From NCBI GenBank assembly GCA_963668025.2, contig CAXXTH010000017.1:288001-352000 (forward strand): a DNA stretch of 64,000 nt, written 5' to 3'. Source of the DNA: Candidatus Hydrogenedentota bacterium. Lineage in GTDB: Bacteria; Hydrogenedentota; Hydrogenedentia; Hydrogenedentales; SLHB01. The notes under the pieces are model-generated. The model was not told where the DNA came from. It saw only the letters and a list, made by a program, of their open reading frames with translations, and did not search any database. The translations under genes were made by a program, and so were the position numbers. Below, one piece after another: positions 60,157 to 64,000 of the stretch. Positions within the stretch are counted from its first letter, which is position 1. Each line of letters starts with the position of its first letter.

Positions 60157-60297
60157 TTAGCGATCTGCCGCGTTCTGCAAGGCTTTCCCGCCTTCCTGCA
60201 AATCGAGGCCGGCTCCTCGCATCGTATTACATCCCATCAATGACATCGCCGCCAAAACCATGGCGAACAGCCAAATAAATATGCCGCAAAATTTCAT
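60157..60297 (-). CDS. Entericidin EcnA/B-family small lipoprotein (46 aa; absent from the ORF track)
   Basis: MKFCGIFIWLFAMVLAAMSLMG-CNTMRGAGLDLQEGGKALQNAADR; AGGAGG RBS. Confidence 0.88.
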   Translation of the reverse strand: MKFCGIFIWLFAMVLAAMSLMGCNTMRGAGLDLQEGGKALQNAADR

Positions 60298-60406
60298 GCG
60301 CCCTCCTTCATGTATCCAAACCTCCTAAAATGATAAGAAACCGTTTCTAAAACGTCAAGTTTTCGGATTCTTGCGAGAGTCCTTGCGGGCGGCTATACTC
60401 ATACCC

Positions 60407-60955
60407 ATGAACTATTGGCTGGCATTTCTTTTCGTCTGCATCCCCGCGCAGATGCCCGGGCGTGATGCCCCGCACACCTATGAGTTTCAACTCAAAAAGG
60501 GCGAGCCCCAGTACGGATTCATTAAAAGCGAAGATGACACCCAATATGTGGTGGAGCTGGATGAGCCCTCTTTGGCGCCCGGAACCGCCACCGCCATCAA
60601 AAAAGACGACCTGGTCATGAAGGCCGCCGAGACTCCTCAAGAACGCGAAACCCGCATTGATGCCTTGCTCAACGCCCGAAACATGGTGCGCGCCGTTCTC
60701 CCCGATGGCCGGTGGCTCCCCGTGTCCAAACCAGAATATGCCCTCGCCCAGCGCGCCCGGCAAATGGCTATCGAAGTGGGCGCATTTCAAGACGCCCAAG
60801 ACGGAACGCCGCAGGAAAAAACTTGGCGGCTTCAGCCTGCTGAGAATTCCGAATCCCCTGCCCTGCATCCCAAACGCATCATTGTAGCCGCCGCGCTGGC
60901 CATGGCTTCCATCGCGCTTGCCGCCGTGATTCTCCGGAAAATTGTGCTCACTTGA
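60407..60955 (+). CDS. Hypothetical secreted protein with C-terminal TM
   Basis: Hydrophobic N- and C-termini; coding-like composition. Confidence 0.65.
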   Translation: MNYWLAFLFVCIPAQMPGRDAPHTYEFQLKKGEPQYGFIKSEDDTQYVVELDEPSLAPGTATAIKKDDLVMKAAETPQERETRIDALLNARNMVRAVLPDGRWLPVSKPEYALAQRARQMAIEVGAFQDAQDGTPQEKTWRLQPAENSESPALHPKRIIVAAALAMASIALAAVILRKIVLT

Positions 60956-61396
60956 ATTGCTGTGCTGCCATTACCCGCCCCGTAGGAATGGTAACACTTT
61001 AGCCAACTGAAGCAGCATCTGATAATTGGCGGCCTTGTTTATTCCCTTTCGCCGGTATTGATACATCATTTTGCATCTGACGACCGACGAGGGCGTCGGT
61101 CCCACACTTTTTAATGCAATCAAATTGTGAGACCGGCGCCCTCGCCGGTCATTCTACACCAATTGGCTAACTGGACGGATGTTGCGTGGAGGCGAGGGGT
61201 GAGCCGTGATAGGCCGTTTTCCCCATTGGCGCAACCTATATGCATCGAGCTCTCATGGCGAAAACGGGCTTGCTTGAAGACATGGCCCATCATTTTCGCG
61301 CCATTTCCTTGATCCGCCGGGTGCGCCTATATCACAATTGAAGCAGATGTTTGCCTGGACGCGATTGGCGCGGCCGATGGCGTCTTGGAGAATGGC

Positions 61397-62428
61397 ATGA
61401 AGGCTGTCCAATGGTTCGCACCGCATGATATGCGGCTGGCGAATATTCCTAAACCTGCGCCCAAACCTCATGAAGCCTTGATTCGTATCGAATCCACTGG
61501 CGTGTGCGGCTCGGACATGCATTATTTCGGAGAAGGCCGAATCGGCAAAACCGCGATCTCGGAGCCGTTGATCCTGGGCCATGAATATGCCGGTATCGTG
61601 GAATCGGTGGGTCCGGACGCGGATCCCTCTCTAATCGGCAAGCGCGTGGCCGTCGAGCCGGGCATTCCCTGTGGGGAATGCGAATATTGCCGCAAGGGAC
61701 TCTATAACGTATGCCCGCAACTCCAATTTCCCGGCGGGCCACCGTATGACGGCGCGCTGGCCGAGTATATCGCCGTGCATGCGGGCTTTTGTTTTCCGGT
61801 GCCCGAAAACATGAGCGCTGGCGAGGCCGCCTTGATTGAGCCCCTCGCGGTGGCGGTCCACACCATCGAATTGGCTTGCCTGCGCCCCGGCGACACGGTG
61901 GCCGTGCTCGGGTTAGGGCCTATCGGCCTCATGGCGGCGAAGGTGGCCCAATTGTCCGGCGCGCAATGCATTTACGGCACGGACCTGTACGACTACCGCG
62001 TCGAGGCGTCCACCCATTGGGGCGTGGATGCCGCATTCAATGCCAGCCTGGTGGATACCGTGGAGGCGATTATGGACGCAACCCACGGGCGCGGCGTGGA
62101 TGTAGCCCTCGATTGCGCCCGCTCCGTCGAGACGCCCGGGCTTGCGTGCCGCATCTTGCGCGGCGCGGGACGGGGCGTGCTCACGGGCATTTCCGGCGAA
62201 TCCGAAGGCGTATTCCCCGTGGACATATGCCGCCGAAAGGGGCTTACGGTCACCTGGTGCCGCCGGTTCCGGTTCAGCTTTCCCGCCGCCCTCCATCTCG
62301 CCGCGACCAAGAAGGTGGACCTTCGCGCGCTCATTACCCATGCCTTTCCGCTGGAACGTTCCAATGAGGCCTTCGAACTGGTGTATGCCTATGCGGATAA
62401 CGTATTGAAGGTCTCGATAGACCAGTGA
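61397..62428 (+). CDS. Zn-dependent (sorbitol/L-iditol-like) dehydrogenase
   Basis: GVCGSD.H, LGHE, C..C..C...C zinc motif and GLGPIG. Confidence 0.9.
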   Translation: MKAVQWFAPHDMRLANIPKPAPKPHEALIRIESTGVCGSDMHYFGEGRIGKTAISEPLILGHEYAGIVESVGPDADPSLIGKRVAVEPGIPCGECEYCRKGLYNVCPQLQFPGGPPYDGALAEYIAVHAGFCFPVPENMSAGEAALIEPLAVAVHTIELACLRPGDTVAVLGLGPIGLMAAKVAQLSGAQCIYGTDLYDYRVEASTHWGVDAAFNASLVDTVEAIMDATHGRGVDVALDCARSVETPGLACRILRGAGRGVLTGISGESEGVFPVDICRRKGLTVTWCRRFRFSFPAALHLAATKKVDLRALITHAFPLERSNEAFELVYAYADNVLKVSIDQ

Positions 62429-63816
62429 TGGAATTACCCCAGCCGCCGCCATTGCCAACGCTCGCAGAGCCTCCCAGGCCCCGCTTCTACCCCTTCTGGG
62501 TAGGCGTGGCGCTGCTGGCGCTGGGCGTTATGGCCCTCGCCGTGGGTGCGGCAATGGACATGCAAGCCTTTGCGGGCAATCCATGGCGCGACGCCGTCCT
62601 CGTATCGGGTGAACAGCCGCCGTGGGAGGGCATGCGTCCGGGCCGTTTACGCCCCATCCTGCACGAAGAAATGCGCGTGTTCGATGAAGCGCTACGTGCG
62701 GAGCCTGACGGTGCGCAATATGCAAACGCGCTCCAGCTTATGCATTATGAAGACGTGCTGTTGCTGGACCTTACGCCGGACGAATGGAAGACGCTGCTAG
62801 GTGGCGGGCCGGTTCCGCAGTCCGGGGCATTTGAAGCGGCGGCAGGTGTGTGGTGCCGCTCCAATTCATTTACGCTCGATGGGCAAGTGTTCCAAGCCAC
62901 AAGCCGCATCCCCCGGGAAACACCCTTTCTGGCGTTTACCTATGTGTTGCCATTCTCACCAGACACCGCCCGTTTTTTCGCGGATGAGGCTGGGGGCGAA
63001 ACCGTTTGGCTAGACTTGCAGGGCCGCCAGCGGTTGGAGGCCCTCTCCGCAACTGAACAAGGGGCCATCGAATCCCACCTCGCCATTAGCCCCGCACCCG
63101 CGCCTTCCGGAGCGGTTCGATGGGCCATTTCCGGCATGGCCCTTGCCGCGCTGGGCGGTTCTTTGGCATGGCTCACCCTATTCCGCCGCATACCAGCGAA
63201 ACGGCTTCGCATTTGGGGAGCGGTCTTCCAAGATATGCAAGCATTTCCCCGGCTGTTCCAGGGGCTTCATGTCATGCTATATGGTGTTTTTTTCGCAAGC
63301 ATGCTCCTTGCCTGCCAGTTTCCCCTCTGGAATTGCCGGGCCGGCGCACTCATGAAAAGCATGTTTGTGAAAGGCGATCTGGCATTCATCGGACAAGCAT
63401 ATGCCGCAGGCGATATCGTGCGCGCCGCCGTGGCGACATGGCTCTGGAATTATGGCGCCGCGACATTGGGCCTGTCGCTGCTGCCTTCACTTGTCATTCC
63501 TTGCTGGGGATTACTGAAAAACCTCGCCTCATTCGCGGTGGTGGGATTTGCCATGCCGCCCATTTGGAGCGGCTCGATCGCCCCGATGACGTACCACATC
63601 GGCACAATGGTTTTGGAGCTGGAAGGGTATATTCTCGTGAGTTTCATGGCCGTGGCGTATGTCATCCACGGATACCGCCTCATTCAGGATGGACATGTTA
63701 AAGCCCATGGCCTGCATGCTTTGGCGATGATGGCCGACGGTGCGGCGCTTATCGGAATCATCCTCGCCTTAGCGGCAGTATATGAAGCCGTTACGCTGAT
63801 CCTGTTTCATTTTTAG
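62425..63816 (+). CDS. Membrane protein with SpoIIM-like C-terminal TM bundle
   Basis: Multiple TMs; H..T...ELEGY and LAA.YEA motifs; overlaps the dehydrogenase stop. Confidence 0.6.
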   Translation: MMELPQPPPLPTLAEPPRPRFYPFWVGVALLALGVMALAVGAAMDMQAFAGNPWRDAVLVSGEQPPWEGMRPGRLRPILHEEMRVFDEALRAEPDGAQYANALQLMHYEDVLLLDLTPDEWKTLLGGGPVPQSGAFEAAAGVWCRSNSFTLDGQVFQATSRIPRETPFLAFTYVLPFSPDTARFFADEAGGETVWLDLQGRQRLEALSATEQGAIESHLAISPAPAPSGAVRWAISGMALAALGGSLAWLTLFRRIPAKRLRIWGAVFQDMQAFPRLFQGLHVMLYGVFFASMLLACQFPLWNCRAGALMKSMFVKGDLAFIGQAYAAGDIVRAAVATWLWNYGAATLGLSLLPSLVIPCWGLLKNLASFAVVGFAMPPIWSGSIAPMTYHIGTMVLELEGYILVSFMAVAYVIHGYRLIQDGHVKAHGLHALAMMADGAALIGIILALAAVYEAVTLILFHF

Positions 63817-63843
63817 CCGCTCGAGTGGGCGGGCCAGCGCCTC

Positions 63844-63999
63844 TTATCCTGTTTTGATTTCGATGGTGCGCGCTTGAGCTGACGACACTTTCGGCAGGCG
63901 GACGCGTAATATGCCGTCCTTGAACGTCGCTTCGGATTGGCTGGGGTCCACTTCACAGGGAAGCGGAATCACCCGGTGGAAAGCGCCATAATTGCACTC
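63844..63999 (-). CDS. Hsp20 small heat-shock protein (C-terminal part, runs off the window)
   Basis: ECNYGAFHRVIPLPCEVD...EATFKDGILRVRLPK...IEI alpha-crystallin motif. Confidence 0.9.
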   Translation of the reverse strand, partial: ECNYGAFHRVIPLPCEVDPSQSEATFKDGILRVRLPKVSSAQARTIEIKTG

Positions 64000-64000
64000 C

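Noticed and set aside
1-64000. tRNA, rRNA or riboswitch genes
   Set aside because: No cloverleaf or T-loop signatures or recognisable conserved RNA motifs were seen; the intergenic hairpins are better explained as REP-like repeats.

Overview
A GC-rich bacterial chromosomal window. The PKD/BACON lipoproteins, Ig-repeat surface protein, GH38/DUF2961 glycosidases and palindromic intergenic repeats suggest Candidatus Hydrogenedentota or a PVC-like lineage; this assignment is inference. Left part: Eis-like GNAT acetyltransferase, a secreted-protein gene split by an ISKra4-type IS (8-bp TSD), and an MCE/Mla ABC transporter cluster (mlaF-mlaD-pqiC-like...mlaE) with an FHA-GAF-PP2C / RsbW-like / STAS partner-switching module embedded and translationally coupled to mlaE. 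These are followed by DUF2961, yhaM, an ankyrin protein, a PhoBR-like pair, HTH-PTS EIIA plus a CBS-antiporter, a GH38 and tadA. Centre: a four-gene overlapping operon (SAM methyltransferase-bshC-bshB1-bshA), a candidate N-methyl-bacillithiol pathway. 34-50 kb is a decayed accessory region with IS4 elements, a pseudogenized surface protein, a phage terminase remnant and a Myxococcus-type I-B (Cmx8/DevR/DevS) CRISPR-Cas locus. That locus has intact interference genes, a broken cas4/cas1 fusion and a 9-repeat array. Right part: a second GH38, beta-propeller and HEAT proteins, a second ISKra4 (9-bp TSD, possible -1 frameshift), ankyrin, entericidin, a Zn-dehydrogenase and a partial Hsp20. Most notable: the putative phosphorylation-switched Mla transporter, two GH38 paralogs that appear to lack the catalytic nucleophile Asp, the methyltransferase-containing bacillithiol operon, and a family of modular intergenic palindromes. 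All family calls come from motif recognition, not database searches.
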